From: an uncultured virus (IMG/VR IMGVR_UViG_3300024308_000304)
Lineage: Duplodnaviria > Heunggongvirae > Uroviricota > Caudoviricetes
DNA: 64,000 nt
IMG/VR virus record: IMGVR_UViG_3300024308_000304
Direction: 5' to 3' (one strand)
A program made the translations under genes and the position numbers. The notes under the pieces are model-generated. The model was not told the DNA's origin. It did no database searches and saw nothing but the letters and a program-made list of their open reading frames with translations. Below, in pieces: positions 1 through 10,142 of this stretch. Each line of letters begins with the position of its first letter. The stretch's first letter is position 1.

Positions 1-1809
1 TTAAATTTTAAACTTTTTAACTGATTTTTCTTCTAATGACACATTAGCTAACTTTATAATATTTAAGTTTTCTAAAAAATGTGATGACCTTTCTGAAATT
101 TGTTCATCATTCTTGTAGTGAGCAGTAGAATAATTGCCCTTATCTAAAGTAATTCCAATCATTGAAGAATTATCAATATATCTTTTAGTAAAATCATATA
201 TGAAATATTGTTTTTCTCCATTCTTAACATAACCTTCAAAATAATGTGGCTCTCTTGTGATACACCAAGAAGAACTACCCAAGTGTTTACTCTTATCAAA
301 GCTATCTATTTCAAGAATAATTTTATCATCTGTACTATGAATAATACTTGCACCACATTCTGTTGCCTTCTCTATAATAATGTGTGGTTCAAAACCATTA
401 TAAGCAGACAGGAATTTAGATAATGTCTTATTAAATTCTTCTGGTTTATGAAAAGCAGCTATTTTAACTCCAATAAATTTTTGTAATGTAGATTTTTCTA
501 TATTTAAATCATAAAGTTCTTTCATGAGTAAGTAAGTTGTCTCATCATATAAATGTTCATATTTCTTACTTGTGATACTATGAGCAAATTTTTTTACTTT
601 ATGATCTTGTACAATCCTATTCATCTCATCATCAACTTTTTCTGCTGTAAGGAAATGACTAAGTGTTTCATCTGATTTTTTATTGTTGTAACATTCAAAA
701 TAATCAAAATTATTTAGTCTTAGAACTGTTAAATTATTTTTAAATGTATCTATTGATGTAAAGAATGGTCTTATTGCAGCCGCCTCAATAGTTGTGCCAA
801 TTTTAAAGAATTCTTTTTTAAAAGTAGGATATTTTTTAAAAATTACACCTAATGCTTCATCAAGAATTTCATTTCTGACAGTAATAAAATCTTTTTTAGT
901 ATTGATTTGCTTAAAAGAACCATCAATCCTTTCAAATAATATAGAATGATCTTGGAAAACCATATATCGCTTATATATTAAATTATCCAATTCCTTTATA
1001 TTTACTGGTTGGTGTTTTAAATCACCAGTAGTATTTAGAAATGTTAAAGCACTTTTTCTTTTAGTAATTACTTCATCATGATAGGCATCATTTAAATTAT
1101 GTTTATATCCATTGGATCTTGCTTTAAGAAACAAATCTATACTGAGTTCATGTATTTCTTGCATTTTTTGAATACAATAATCTAAATCAATAATAGGTGT
1201 TTGACCTAATAAATTTAATTCATTAAATTTATCAATAATAGAAACCAATGGAGAAAAATAAGCATTTGAATCAATATTGGTATTTACAATAAGGGTATTG
1301 TTCCTATCCTTCATAAGTTGAGTTCTTTCATATATTTGTAAGTTCATTCGTATTTCTTCAAATGACTTGCTAGATTCATCAAATAATCGAATTTTATCTT
1401 TTAAGTCAGCAATTACTTTTTTTATCAATGGGTCTTTTTTAAAATTTTCTATTTTATCATCCAATAATTTGAATTCATTTTTGGAAAGTCCAATATACTT
1501 TCTCATTTTAACAGTATTTTCTTTAGCTTTTTCTGTGAAAGTAGTAATTCTTTCTTGCAAAATTACGGCTCTGTTTTTTGTGACAGAAAATGAGTGTCCA
1601 AACTTACCAAATGCATGAAAATCAATAGGTACTATTCTGTTTAATGCTATTTTTTCAATAGATTTAGTTTTCAAAACTTGATTTTGATTTATGATATCTT
1701 CTATCAAGTATTCGTAGCCTAATTTAAATTTGTCGCTATCCCTGAGTGGTGTTCTATTTTTATAATACTCTATAATGTCACTTGAAGTAATAAATTCTAT
1801 GTTGTTCAT
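1..1809 (-). CDS. Hypothetical protein with C-terminal 'LGxxxWCIxR..YF..Y' domain (possibly PcfJ-related); paralog 1 of 3; Lys-rich C-terminus
   Basis: 602-aa ORF ending at TAA 1-3. The last ~200 aa align by eye with ORFs 1812-3599 and 13759-15528 (FAxSIxSxKYxHLY; WCI; IGITL). Ends KSVKKFKI. Confidence 0.8.
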   Translation of the reverse strand: MNNIEFITSSDIIEYYKNRTPLRDSDKFKLGYEYLIEDIINQNQVLKTKSIEKIALNRIVPIDFHAFGKFGHSFSVTKNRAVILQERITTFTEKAKENTVKMRKYIGLSKNEFKLLDDKIENFKKDPLIKKVIADLKDKIRLFDESSKSFEEIRMNLQIYERTQLMKDRNNTLIVNTNIDSNAYFSPLVSIIDKFNELNLLGQTPIIDLDYCIQKMQEIHELSIDLFLKARSNGYKHNLNDAYHDEVITKRKSALTFLNTTGDLKHQPVNIKELDNLIYKRYMVFQDHSILFERIDGSFKQINTKKDFITVRNEILDEALGVIFKKYPTFKKEFFKIGTTIEAAAIRPFFTSIDTFKNNLTVLRLNNFDYFECYNNKKSDETLSHFLTAEKVDDEMNRIVQDHKVKKFAHSITSKKYEHLYDETTYLLMKELYDLNIEKSTLQKFIGVKIAAFHKPEEFNKTLSKFLSAYNGFEPHIIIEKATECGASIIHSTDDKIILEIDSFDKSKHLGSSSWCITREPHYFEGYVKNGEKQYFIYDFTKRYIDNSSMIGITLDKGNYSTAHYKNDEQISERSSHFLENLNIIKLANVSLEEKSVKKFKI

Positions 1810-1811
1810 AA

Positions 1812-3599
1812 TTAAATTTTAAATTGTTTAATTGATTTTAATTTTTGTTGACTTTTCAATATAAGGTCAATATTATTCAACAGTTCTACATTATTTGTTG
1901 GAATAAGCGTATCATTTTTGAAATGTGCTGTTACATATGCTCCATTTTTTAGTGTAATGCCAACCAATGAATCGAGATCTATAGAATTTTTATTGAAATC
2001 GAATAAAAAATATTGTTTCTGGTCATCGGAAGTATAACTATCAAAATAACTTGCATCTCTTGATATACACCAAGATGAATTTCCTAATGTTTGACTTTGT
2101 GAAAAAGATTTTATTTGAAGAATTAGTTTATTATCAGAATCATAAATAATATCAGTTTTTTGTGCATGTGCTTTTTCAAGAATAGTAGTACGATCAAATC
2201 CATTAAAAGAATTTAAAAATAAAGCAAGACCAGTGTTAAACTCATCAGGGTTTTTATAAAGTGCTATTTTTCGACCAATATAATTTTGTAAGTCTAATTT
2301 TGTTATCTCTAAATCATACAATGCTTCCATATATCTGTATGTATCTTTATCATATAAGTGTTCATACTTTTTACTTGTAATACTATAAGCAAATTGTTTA
2401 ACATTATGATTTTTTATTATTTTGTGCATAGTATCAGATACCCGTTCAAATGTAGTCATTATACGTTCAGGGTGATCTAAATGATCTTTATAAGTTTTTA
2501 GATAATCAAATTTATAGTGCTTAAGAATTTGTTGATTATTTTTAAACGTATCAATAGTATCAAAGAACCTTTCCAAGACAATATTTTTATCTAAACTACT
2601 ACCAATCTCAGAGAATATTTTATGATAATATTGATGTCTTGAAAAATCAGTTAAAAAATATTCTTTTAATAAATCATTTTTTATATTTTTTAATGCATTA
2701 ATAGAATCAATTTCACATAACATTCCATCTACTTTATTAATTAGTAAAGATCCATCTTCAAAAAATAGCAACGATTTATAAGTTTTACTATTTATCAAAA
2801 TTTTATTTTGTGGATTAACACTTAATGACTCTTGATGATTAAGAAAACCTGAAATACTAGTCCTACTTTTAATAATTTGATCATGATAAGAATTGCCAAC
2901 TGTATTAGTAAATCCTTTTTTACGCAACTCTTGAAAGATATCAAGTGATAATGCACCAATTACTTTTATTTTTTTATTATAACTATCTAAATTTACAAAA
3001 TTGTAGTGTTTAAAAAAGTTCTCATTATCTAATAGTTTTAAATGTTTATGAATACTTTCAAAATGATGATTATTTAACAAGCTTTTATCTTTAAAATTAT
3101 TGTTAATATTTAAGAGTTCTTCTGTATTATCACTGGCATACTCAATAAAATTTTTATAGTCTTCATGAAAATGGTTGACTATTTTTTTAATGTTAATTAG
3201 TTCTAATAACATCTCATCTCTTTTTGGATCATTTACTAAATTTTTTAAAATGTTATCCAAATCATCAAGTTTATTTTTTATATCGGAATCATCTGCAAAG
3301 GGACGCATAGAGTCAATTATATGCTTAGATGTTTCAGGGAAGTTTGTTAATTCATCTACTAATAAATTTATACGTTCATTAGTAAAAGAAAGAAAAGTTT
3401 TTAAAAATTTCATTTCAAATAAGCTATTTAAAACTTCTTTCTCTTCATAAATTTGTTTAAACTTATTAAAGACACCTTCTTGTTTCAAATTATTTTTATT
3501 TATTCTGTAGAGATGAGTAGAAAATGAATAATCAGCAGAACCATACTCTGAAAAATCATCTATATTCAATGAATCAGTTAAAAATTGTCTTATATTCAT
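1812..3599 (-). CDS. Hypothetical protein, WCI-domain paralog 2; Lys-rich C-terminus
   Basis: 595-aa ORF with LGNSSWCISRDASYFDSY; ends KSIKQFKI. Confidence 0.8.
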   Translation of the reverse strand: MNIRQFLTDSLNIDDFSEYGSADYSFSTHLYRINKNNLKQEGVFNKFKQIYEEKEVLNSLFEMKFLKTFLSFTNERINLLVDELTNFPETSKHIIDSMRPFADDSDIKNKLDDLDNILKNLVNDPKRDEMLLELINIKKIVNHFHEDYKNFIEYASDNTEELLNINNNFKDKSLLNNHHFESIHKHLKLLDNENFFKHYNFVNLDSYNKKIKVIGALSLDIFQELRKKGFTNTVGNSYHDQIIKSRTSISGFLNHQESLSVNPQNKILINSKTYKSLLFFEDGSLLINKVDGMLCEIDSINALKNIKNDLLKEYFLTDFSRHQYYHKIFSEIGSSLDKNIVLERFFDTIDTFKNNQQILKHYKFDYLKTYKDHLDHPERIMTTFERVSDTMHKIIKNHNVKQFAYSITSKKYEHLYDKDTYRYMEALYDLEITKLDLQNYIGRKIALYKNPDEFNTGLALFLNSFNGFDRTTILEKAHAQKTDIIYDSDNKLILQIKSFSQSQTLGNSSWCISRDASYFDSYTSDDQKQYFLFDFNKNSIDLDSLVGITLKNGAYVTAHFKNDTLIPTNNVELLNNIDLILKSQQKLKSIKQFKI

Positions 3600-3651
3600 A
3601 AAAAAAATTAAGTTATCTTAATATATTTTATCATAAATTAAAATAAATACA

Positions 3652-4437
3652 TTAGAACTCTTTGAAATTTTGGACATTTTTTATTTTTTCATCAACATTG
3701 TGTTTAATAGCATTTAATACTTTAAGACAATGTTCTTTCGCTTCATCAAGATTTAAAAATATTGCAAAATTATAATTAACAAGACATTTACTGCCATCAA
3801 ATTTCTTCATTTGATTGATATTCAGATGGTGATTAATACCTGTATATGAAATATCATATTCAAATTCAAATGATGGAGTTCCATTAATTGGTGTTGTTTC
3901 CACTATAAAGATGTCTTTAACATAAGCTTGCTCTATTTTCATATAGCTAACAGGATCTTGTATCACTAAAAATATTTTCTGGTCTTTATCCAAAGTATAA
4001 AATGGAACCATGCTGTAATCATCAAAAATTTTGAAATCAAAATCAACAAGAGCTTTAAATTTAGATTCATCATGAAGCACAGAGTTAATGGCTTTAATTT
4101 TTGATTTCAACTCTAATGTTTCTACATCTTTTTTGAAGAAATTTTTAAATTTGAAAAAAATATTTTCTTTATTTACATCTATCTCATTATTCAACTCTTC
4201 TATTCTTGATGTAAGATAATTCTTAATATGTTTAACACAATCATCCTTGTTAAAATTTGTATCTAATGTATTTTCACCAAATATTTCTGGACCTTTAAAT
4301 TGCTCTTTAAGTAGGTACTTAATAGGAATTCCAGCCAGCAAGGTATTTTCATCAAAAGAACGAGTTTCTTGCTGTATAGAATACATACGAGAGAATTTTT
4401 TTCTTAATATGTTAGTGTCAATCATCCTTGTTTGCAT
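3652..4437 (-). CDS. Hypothetical protein
   Basis: 261-aa ORF with AGGA SD upstream. Confidence 0.7.
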   Translation of the reverse strand: MQTRMIDTNILRKKFSRMYSIQQETRSFDENTLLAGIPIKYLLKEQFKGPEIFGENTLDTNFNKDDCVKHIKNYLTSRIEELNNEIDVNKENIFFKFKNFFKKDVETLELKSKIKAINSVLHDESKFKALVDFDFKIFDDYSMVPFYTLDKDQKIFLVIQDPVSYMKIEQAYVKDIFIVETTPINGTPSFEFEYDISYTGINHHLNINQMKKFDGSKCLVNYNFAIFLNLDEAKEHCLKVLNAIKHNVDEKIKNVQNFKEF

Positions 4438-4505
4438 ATTGTCCTATTATCATTTATTTATTGGTTATTTTAATATTGTGCTTTCTTTTAAAATTATGTC
4501 AATTT

Positions 4506-5111
4506 TTAAATGTGCTCCATAAGTGAAACAATAAAATCATCATAGGTACTACCCGGATTATATTGTAAAAATAAACCGAAGAAAACATCATCAATGTGTG
4601 ATGATATTATTTTCAAATCTGAATTATAAAATATTTTTGATGGAATTTTTTTACAAATAATGTCACTATTGTTTGGACCTAACTCTGGTATATCAGAAAT
4701 AATCCAAAAAGATGTACGAAGGTCCATAACAATAAAAGCTTTGCAGTCTCGTTGAATATCTCCATCAAATGGTACGTAAATTAATATTTTTGGAGCATAA
4801 ATAAGTGGGCCATCAAATATACGTTCAGTTTTCAAAATATTATTGGTAATAAAATCTAAACTACCAGTAATTTTATTTACTTTATCTTTCGAAAATAATT
4901 GATTTAAGTTTTCTATTGAGACTAAAAATCCATCATTTAACACAACGTTAACATATGGTGTTTTTGAATAAAATTTAATATAATGATGATTCTTCATAAA
5001 ATTTAATACATTTTTAGAGTTCTTCAATGCCTTAAAACTCTTCATGTCCATTTTTTCAAGACTATTCAACTGTCTAAAAATTTGTTTTGTTTTTAATTCA
5101 ATCATATGCAC
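4506..5111 (-). CDS. Hypothetical protein, MxxI C-terminal-tag family; paralog of 5102-5743
   Basis: 201-aa ORF. Shares IYxP..IYVP..GD, SxIPEL and YNP..T.DDF.V..MExI with its neighbour. Confidence 0.75.
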   Translation of the reverse strand: MHMIELKTKQIFRQLNSLEKMDMKSFKALKNSKNVLNFMKNHHYIKFYSKTPYVNVVLNDGFLVSIENLNQLFSKDKVNKITGSLDFITNNILKTERIFDGPLIYAPKILIYVPFDGDIQRDCKAFIVMDLRTSFWIISDIPELGPNNSDIICKKIPSKIFYNSDLKIISSHIDDVFFGLFLQYNPGSTYDDFIVSLMEHI

Positions 5112-5743
5112 TCCATTTGTCTTACCAAAAAATCATCTACAGTATGGCTAGGATTTTTTGTAAGATAGAGATTTAGAAAATAATTGTTCACATAATCATA
5201 AAAATCATTGATATTTTGCCTTAAAACATAATTAACTGGAAGATTGGTCTGAACATTAAGGTCTTCTATAGATATGACAGCTAACTCAGGTATGTTAGAG
5301 AAAAGATAGGGCTTACAATCCAAATCAAATAACATGGCCATTTTAATCTCATTTAAATCTCCACTAAAATTATAAGGAATATAAATTTTAATCAAATCTG
5401 GTATATATTCGATATCAGGATCATCAAGAACAAGTTCCATTTTTCTAAAATGTTCACAAAGATTTCTGGCGTCAGTATAAATTGGATCTGTCCAACGCAA
5501 TTTAAATACAGATAAATCTGGATTATCAATAAGAATTCCATCTTTAAGTATATATGAAGAAAAGTAAAAGGTCTTGTAAGCTTTTAATAATTTTGTAGGA
5601 AAGATACCACCAACTTTAAATCTTAAACTGAATTGTTGGTTGCCATTCGGGATGCTTTCAAAACACGATATGTCACCACCAAAGATGGTAGATAAATGTT
5701 GTTGAATTTTTAAACTATTATCATCAACCATTGTAGGCTCCAA
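5102..5743 (-). CDS. Hypothetical protein, MxxI C-terminal-tag family
   Basis: 213-aa ORF (ATG at 5731 has a GGAG SD and is the likelier start); ends DDFLVRQMECI. Confidence 0.75.
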   Translation of the reverse strand: MEPTMVDDNSLKIQQHLSTIFGGDISCFESIPNGNQQFSLRFKVGGIFPTKLLKAYKTFYFSSYILKDGILIDNPDLSVFKLRWTDPIYTDARNLCEHFRKMELVLDDPDIEYIPDLIKIYIPYNFSGDLNEIKMAMLFDLDCKPYLFSNIPELAVISIEDLNVQTNLPVNYVLRQNINDFYDYVNNYFLNLYLTKNPSHTVDDFLVRQMECI

Positions 5744-5847
5744 AATAAAATAATGTGAAGATCATAACACAAAAGTCAAGAAATTACAATTGGATATTGA
5801 CAAAGCGAAATAGAAAGAAATAATAAGATTACAAAGGAGGTATAGTT

Positions 5848-6285
5848 ATGACTGTTGCAAAAAAAATAAATAAATTCAAATTTACATCTCTTAACCACAA
5901 TGATTCTGAAACAATTAAAAATGGCATTCATGACTTTTTAAGCACTATTTCTCAAGACCAAGATAAAATCGTTGAAATAATTGATGCTTTAGAAGATATA
6001 TTGGAAGCTTGTTATGAGATAGAATCTACGAAAGAGAACCAAGTTGAATCTTTTCATGATTTAATAGAACTTGTTGATCCATTAATTTTGGCATCAATAA
6101 GTGAAGATGATTTTATCAGTAAAGCCAAAAGAATAGATCAAGTTGTAAATCATTACAATAGTGATCCACTATTAGTTTCTATATTGGAAGTCATGCACTC
6201 TAAAATATATGAAAATTATAATTATGCAAATTTTTTTGAAGAAATCTCTGAGTTGTTTGACGAAATAATGGATAATATCGTCTAA
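5848..6285 (+). CDS. Hypothetical acidic helical protein
   Basis: 145-aa ORF with strong SD AAGGAGG and a TTGACA promoter-like site upstream. Confidence 0.75.
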   Translation: MTVAKKINKFKFTSLNHNDSETIKNGIHDFLSTISQDQDKIVEIIDALEDILEACYEIESTKENQVESFHDLIELVDPLILASISEDDFISKAKRIDQVVNHYNSDPLLVSILEVMHSKIYENYNYANFFEEISELFDEIMDNIV

Positions 6286-6339
6286 TTTGACTTTAACACT
6301 GAAAAATCATAAAATATAGATATAAACCATTGTATTTTT

Positions 6340-6825
6340 ATGATTTCAATTATTACTTCAATTATCGCAATAGCATTGGTTGCAGGCTTTCTGGTTGCAA
6401 CCATGATGTATATTGATATGCCGTTTGGATTAGTCAACGAACATAAAAACAATGCAAAAATAAGTCAGCAATATATAGACTTTGGTGGAATACTCAATAC
6501 AGCAGATAGCTTGGATAAAGAGATTAACAGTAATCAAGATATTATAGATTTTAATTCAGCAGCACCAGAATTAAGTGGGCACTATTATGAATACTTTAAA
6601 ACCGCTAATGGAGACAGAGTATTCTATAATACACATATCAACGCCAAAGATTGTTTAAATTATGAGAAAAAAATGACAAATAATAAATCATTGACAATAG
6701 AAGATATCACAAAGCCTATAGAAATTGAAGATTATGTTTTGAACAATAAAAGAAATTATAGTTGTTATATAAATTCAACTGGTGGTCGATTTGTTGTATT
6801 TATTTATCCATTCTCTTATAAATAA
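6340..6825 (+). CDS. Membrane-anchored, pilin-like protein
   Basis: N-terminal hydrophobic helix (IITSIIAIALVAGFLVATMMY) similar to the N-terminus of 53491-54066; two Cys in the C-terminal domain. Confidence 0.55.
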   Translation: MISIITSIIAIALVAGFLVATMMYIDMPFGLVNEHKNNAKISQQYIDFGGILNTADSLDKEINSNQDIIDFNSAAPELSGHYYEYFKTANGDRVFYNTHINAKDCLNYEKKMTNNKSLTIEDITKPIEIEDYVLNNKRNYSCYINSTGGRFVVFIYPFSYK

Positions 6826-6826
6826 T

Positions 6827-6846
6827 AAGTCCTTTTGCAAGGACTT
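6827..6846. terminator. Bidirectional intrinsic terminator between convergent genes
   Basis: AAGTCCTT-ttgc-AAGGACTT inverted repeat. Confidence 0.6.
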
Positions 6847-7696
6847 ATTTAACAATGAAATTAGGTAAATAGCTTTCACTAATAAACGGTTTATTATCTT
6901 TACCACCATCATTATAATCCCAAGTGTTACTCAGAACCTGTACTCCCATAACATCAATTGTTTGACTTTCATGTATGTGACCATGGAACCAAAACTTTGG
7001 AAGAATATCAAATTCTTTAAGTTTATCAAAATTAACTTGGCCAAAATCAGACCAATAATCAGAGTTAATTTTGTAATGCTCAGGAATTGCTTTTACTGTT
7101 GGTGGATGATGAGTGACAACCACTTTAGTTTTATTAAAATCTTTTGCTTTCATCAATGATTCAAAAATAAATGCCTCATTATTTTTAAACATTTGACTTA
7201 CTTGCCGTGGCCGCAAGTTAGAATAATTCTTGCCTTCTTGGAAAGTAATCTTTTTATAATCTCTTGAAACTTTAGCAACATCATGAGCGGTTAAATAATC
7301 GCCTTTGTTGATATCACTCCATAGAGTCGATCCAACAATATAATAATCTTCATTTTCAAAAATTTCATTTTCAAGAATATGTACATTACTGAGATAAGCT
7401 AAGTATTCCTTAACTTCAATAACACTTTTTGCATTAATAGTGCTTTTAAACCATTCATGATTACCGAAAATCCATAGAACAGCTTTATATTGAAGACTTA
7501 ACTTTTCAAAAAAATAATTAAAATGTTTTAATTGTTTTAAAAGAAGAATATCACCAGCCAAAATCAATATAGTGTCTTTATCATGAATAGATGGTTTAAA
7601 CATGTATTGAAGAAGGCTATCAAGCACGGGTTGACCTTTTGCCAAAACAGACTCCAAATAAAATTCAAGATGTAAATCACTCGCTAATTTCAACAT
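6845..7696 (-). CDS. Calcineurin-like metallophosphoesterase
   Basis: Motifs SDLH, LAGD, GNHE, THHPP, HGHIH. Confidence 0.9.
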   Translation of the reverse strand: MLKLASDLHLEFYLESVLAKGQPVLDSLLQYMFKPSIHDKDTILILAGDILLLKQLKHFNYFFEKLSLQYKAVLWIFGNHEWFKSTINAKSVIEVKEYLAYLSNVHILENEIFENEDYYIVGSTLWSDINKGDYLTAHDVAKVSRDYKKITFQEGKNYSNLRPRQVSQMFKNNEAFIFESLMKAKDFNKTKVVVTHHPPTVKAIPEHYKINSDYWSDFGQVNFDKLKEFDILPKFWFHGHIHESQTIDVMGVQVLSNTWDYNDGGKDNKPFISESYLPNFIVK

Positions 7697-8019
7697 TCTT
7701 ATATCCTCTTAATTGCCACAATTTTAACATAAAACGATATTTTTATCAAGAAAATGTTAAATAATTTACTACATATGATAGATCATAATATTTTAATTGT
7801 AAAAACAACAAAATTTTGACGGTTAAGTTCTATAATATTGCATAAAATAGTACAAACCACTGTAAGAGTATACAGTGCTCATATCGATAAATGCCTAATA
7901 TAATTAGATTTTTTTAATTTTTTTTCGATAGAGCGTCTTTTAATTATTAAATTCAATGATAGAATAAAAAAATATAAAGCACGATAATATAATTTAACAA
8001 ATTTAATAAAGGATCAAAA

Positions 8020-8259
8020 ATGGAAATGAACAAAAAGACCCTTCTTGGGGCAGAAGCAAAAAATATTCTTAGTGGTTTGATATCTTTCACTGAATCTAAT
8101 ATACCAACAATGGTGTCAGAATTGAAAACTATAACAGAACATGAATTTTGTTTAAATATTTCTGAAATTGTTAAAAATAATTTTTCTTTTTCCAAAAGTG
8201 AAGAGCCACAAGGCTTAGATAAAAAAGTTCATACTAAAAGTTCGATAAAAATTAACTAA
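8020..8259 (+). CDS. Small hypothetical protein, Lys-rich C-terminus
   Basis: 79 aa with AAGGA SD; followed by the hairpin AAAAGCC..GGCTTTT. Confidence 0.6.
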   Translation: MEMNKKTLLGAEAKNILSGLISFTESNIPTMVSELKTITEHEFCLNISEIVKNNFSFSKSEEPQGLDKKVHTKSSIKIN

Positions 8260-8397
8260 TATATCTTTTTCTATATATGAAAAGCCTTTAATAAAAGGCT
8301 TTTTATTTTTATAAGAAAAACATTAAAATATACCAAAAAGTTGAAATTTATTAAATTTAGGTTATACTAATATTGTTAGTGAATAATTTACGTTTGG

Positions 8398-8700
8398 GTG
8401 ATAATTATGAATGTTAAGATAAGTGTTAGAGAGTTTGAAATATTGAGTATTGAGTTAAAATCAGCAGTTGGTTATCTTAGAAGTTGCAGAACAGATGTTA
8501 GAAATTCTGAATTGTTTGAATTCATAGATAAAGCAATCGCTATTGGAACTAACTATACTAAAGTTATGGAAGATTTTATTCAGATCGAAAAAAATGATAG
8601 TGATATTTCTCGTTATCAAGTTGTTATAAAAAACAACTGCGAAATGGCTAGAAATTACATAGCTGAAATAAATAGAGTAAAGAGAGTTGCACAAGCTTAA
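8398..8700 (+). CDS. Hypothetical protein
   Basis: ~100-aa ORF (ATG at 8407 is an alternative start). Confidence 0.6.
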   Translation: MIIMNVKISVREFEILSIELKSAVGYLRSCRTDVRNSELFEFIDKAIAIGTNYTKVMEDFIQIEKNDSDISRYQVVIKNNCEMARNYIAEINRVKRVAQA

Positions 8701-8818
8701 TACAGCTTAAAATCTTAGCTTCTGAAACCAGAAGCTTTTATTATGTCTAAAATATACAGAGAATAACTTAAATAAGTTAACATATAAAAAGAAACCTCCA
8801 TGACGGAGGTTTTATTTT

Positions 8819-10060
8819 TTAAGGTTTTAATTTATTTTTCTTTTTGAATGTTTCATTAAATTCATCTTGGACATATGCAGCAATATGCTCATTACTATAA
8901 TTGTCTTTCATTGCAACTGAAAGAGTCAGCTTGTCATCTGCAATTAAAGAAGTCTGTCTATTTTCTGGTAATTTTTCTCCATGCTTATCCCATACATATT
9001 GAAAATCAGGTAAGTCATCTTTATTATTGATAATAACTGAGTCTTTGAGATCATAAATAGCATGGAAATACTTTTTATGCACATCCTTATTCAAAGATTC
9101 AAATTCACTATCTGGAATATGTCTTGTATAAAGATAAGAGAAGTCATCTTCTTTTTTGTTATAAAAATCAATTTCAGTTTCAACAGTATTAAATGTCAAT
9201 GTATCAATAGTTTGATCATCTTTATTAATAAAATTAACCTCAACTTTATCATTTTTAAACTCAACAACAGGATAGTAACCAAATTTTTCAATTAAATAGT
9301 CTTTAACTTCTTGAGTTGCCAAAAAGCTTTTAAGATCTGCTGCTTTTTTTCTTTCTGCTGCTTCTTCTTTCATTCTAAGATCATAAGCTTCTTTTCTTTG
9401 CGTTTCAACTTCATTATATTTAACAGATGTTAATTTTTTAATATTAGAAAGAACTTCATCAAAACTTGTAGATTCTTTATTAATCGCTAATTTTGCATTT
9501 GAAAGAGTTCTATTGAGTTTATCTTGAATATCAGCATCGTCTTTAGAATCTTCTTTCAAATGAGAGAATTTTGTATATTTACTCATGGACTCAATAAAAA
9601 CTTTATTATAATTCTTCATATGATCATTGATTAAGTTTTTAACATCTGATTCAAATTTGCTTTGAATTTCTGGTTGATTACTAAATGGTTTTGTAATTGG
9701 TTTTGCATTTAATGTACCACCAACTGTCATAACACCAGCAAGTTTAACTCTTTCAAACTCTTCTTCAACAGAATAATACTTCTTAGTAGATTCAAGAACC
9801 TCAGTGATTAATGGAGAATTAGCATCTAATAACATCACAGATGGATAATAATCTTTAAATTCATCATTTACAAGATAAAAATCTTGATTGTCAATTTTGA
9901 TTTTTTGAGCCATTTGAATTCTACTTAATGTGCTTGGCTTACCTGAAACCACATCTTCTAAATCATATTTAAAAACAATTTTTGACTCAGTATAGAATAA
10001 ATTAGAGTATTCATTTTTTAACATAAGATCTTTTATTTCATTGCTATTTAAATATTTCAT
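8819..10060 (-). CDS. Hypothetical protein with coiled-coil segment; Lys-rich C-terminus
   Basis: 413-aa ORF ending KKKNKLKP; terminator hairpin AAACCTCC..GGAGGTTT just downstream. Confidence 0.8.
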   Translation of the reverse strand: MKYLNSNEIKDLMLKNEYSNLFYTESKIVFKYDLEDVVSGKPSTLSRIQMAQKIKIDNQDFYLVNDEFKDYYPSVMLLDANSPLITEVLESTKKYYSVEEEFERVKLAGVMTVGGTLNAKPITKPFSNQPEIQSKFESDVKNLINDHMKNYNKVFIESMSKYTKFSHLKEDSKDDADIQDKLNRTLSNAKLAINKESTSFDEVLSNIKKLTSVKYNEVETQRKEAYDLRMKEEAAERKKAADLKSFLATQEVKDYLIEKFGYYPVVEFKNDKVEVNFINKDDQTIDTLTFNTVETEIDFYNKKEDDFSYLYTRHIPDSEFESLNKDVHKKYFHAIYDLKDSVIINNKDDLPDFQYVWDKHGEKLPENRQTSLIADDKLTLSVAMKDNYSNEHIAAYVQDEFNETFKKKNKLKP

Positions 10061-10120
10061 TTTATTCCTAATTATTTATTGATATACACATTATACCATA
10101 ATTTTCATCAAAAGAAAGAA

Positions 10121-10139
10121 AAAGAACCCGAAGGTTCTT
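10121..10139 (-). terminator. Intrinsic terminator after the MFS-acyltransferase gene
   Basis: AAGAACC-TTCG-GGTTCTT followed by a T-run on the minus strand. Confidence 0.7.
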
Positions 10140-10142
10140 ATT

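Noticed and set aside
7856..7880. Hairpin CACTGTA-agagta-TACAGTG in a long intergenic region (possible operator or origin element)
   Set aside because: Single inverted repeat with no second copy or iteron array seen; no function can be supported.
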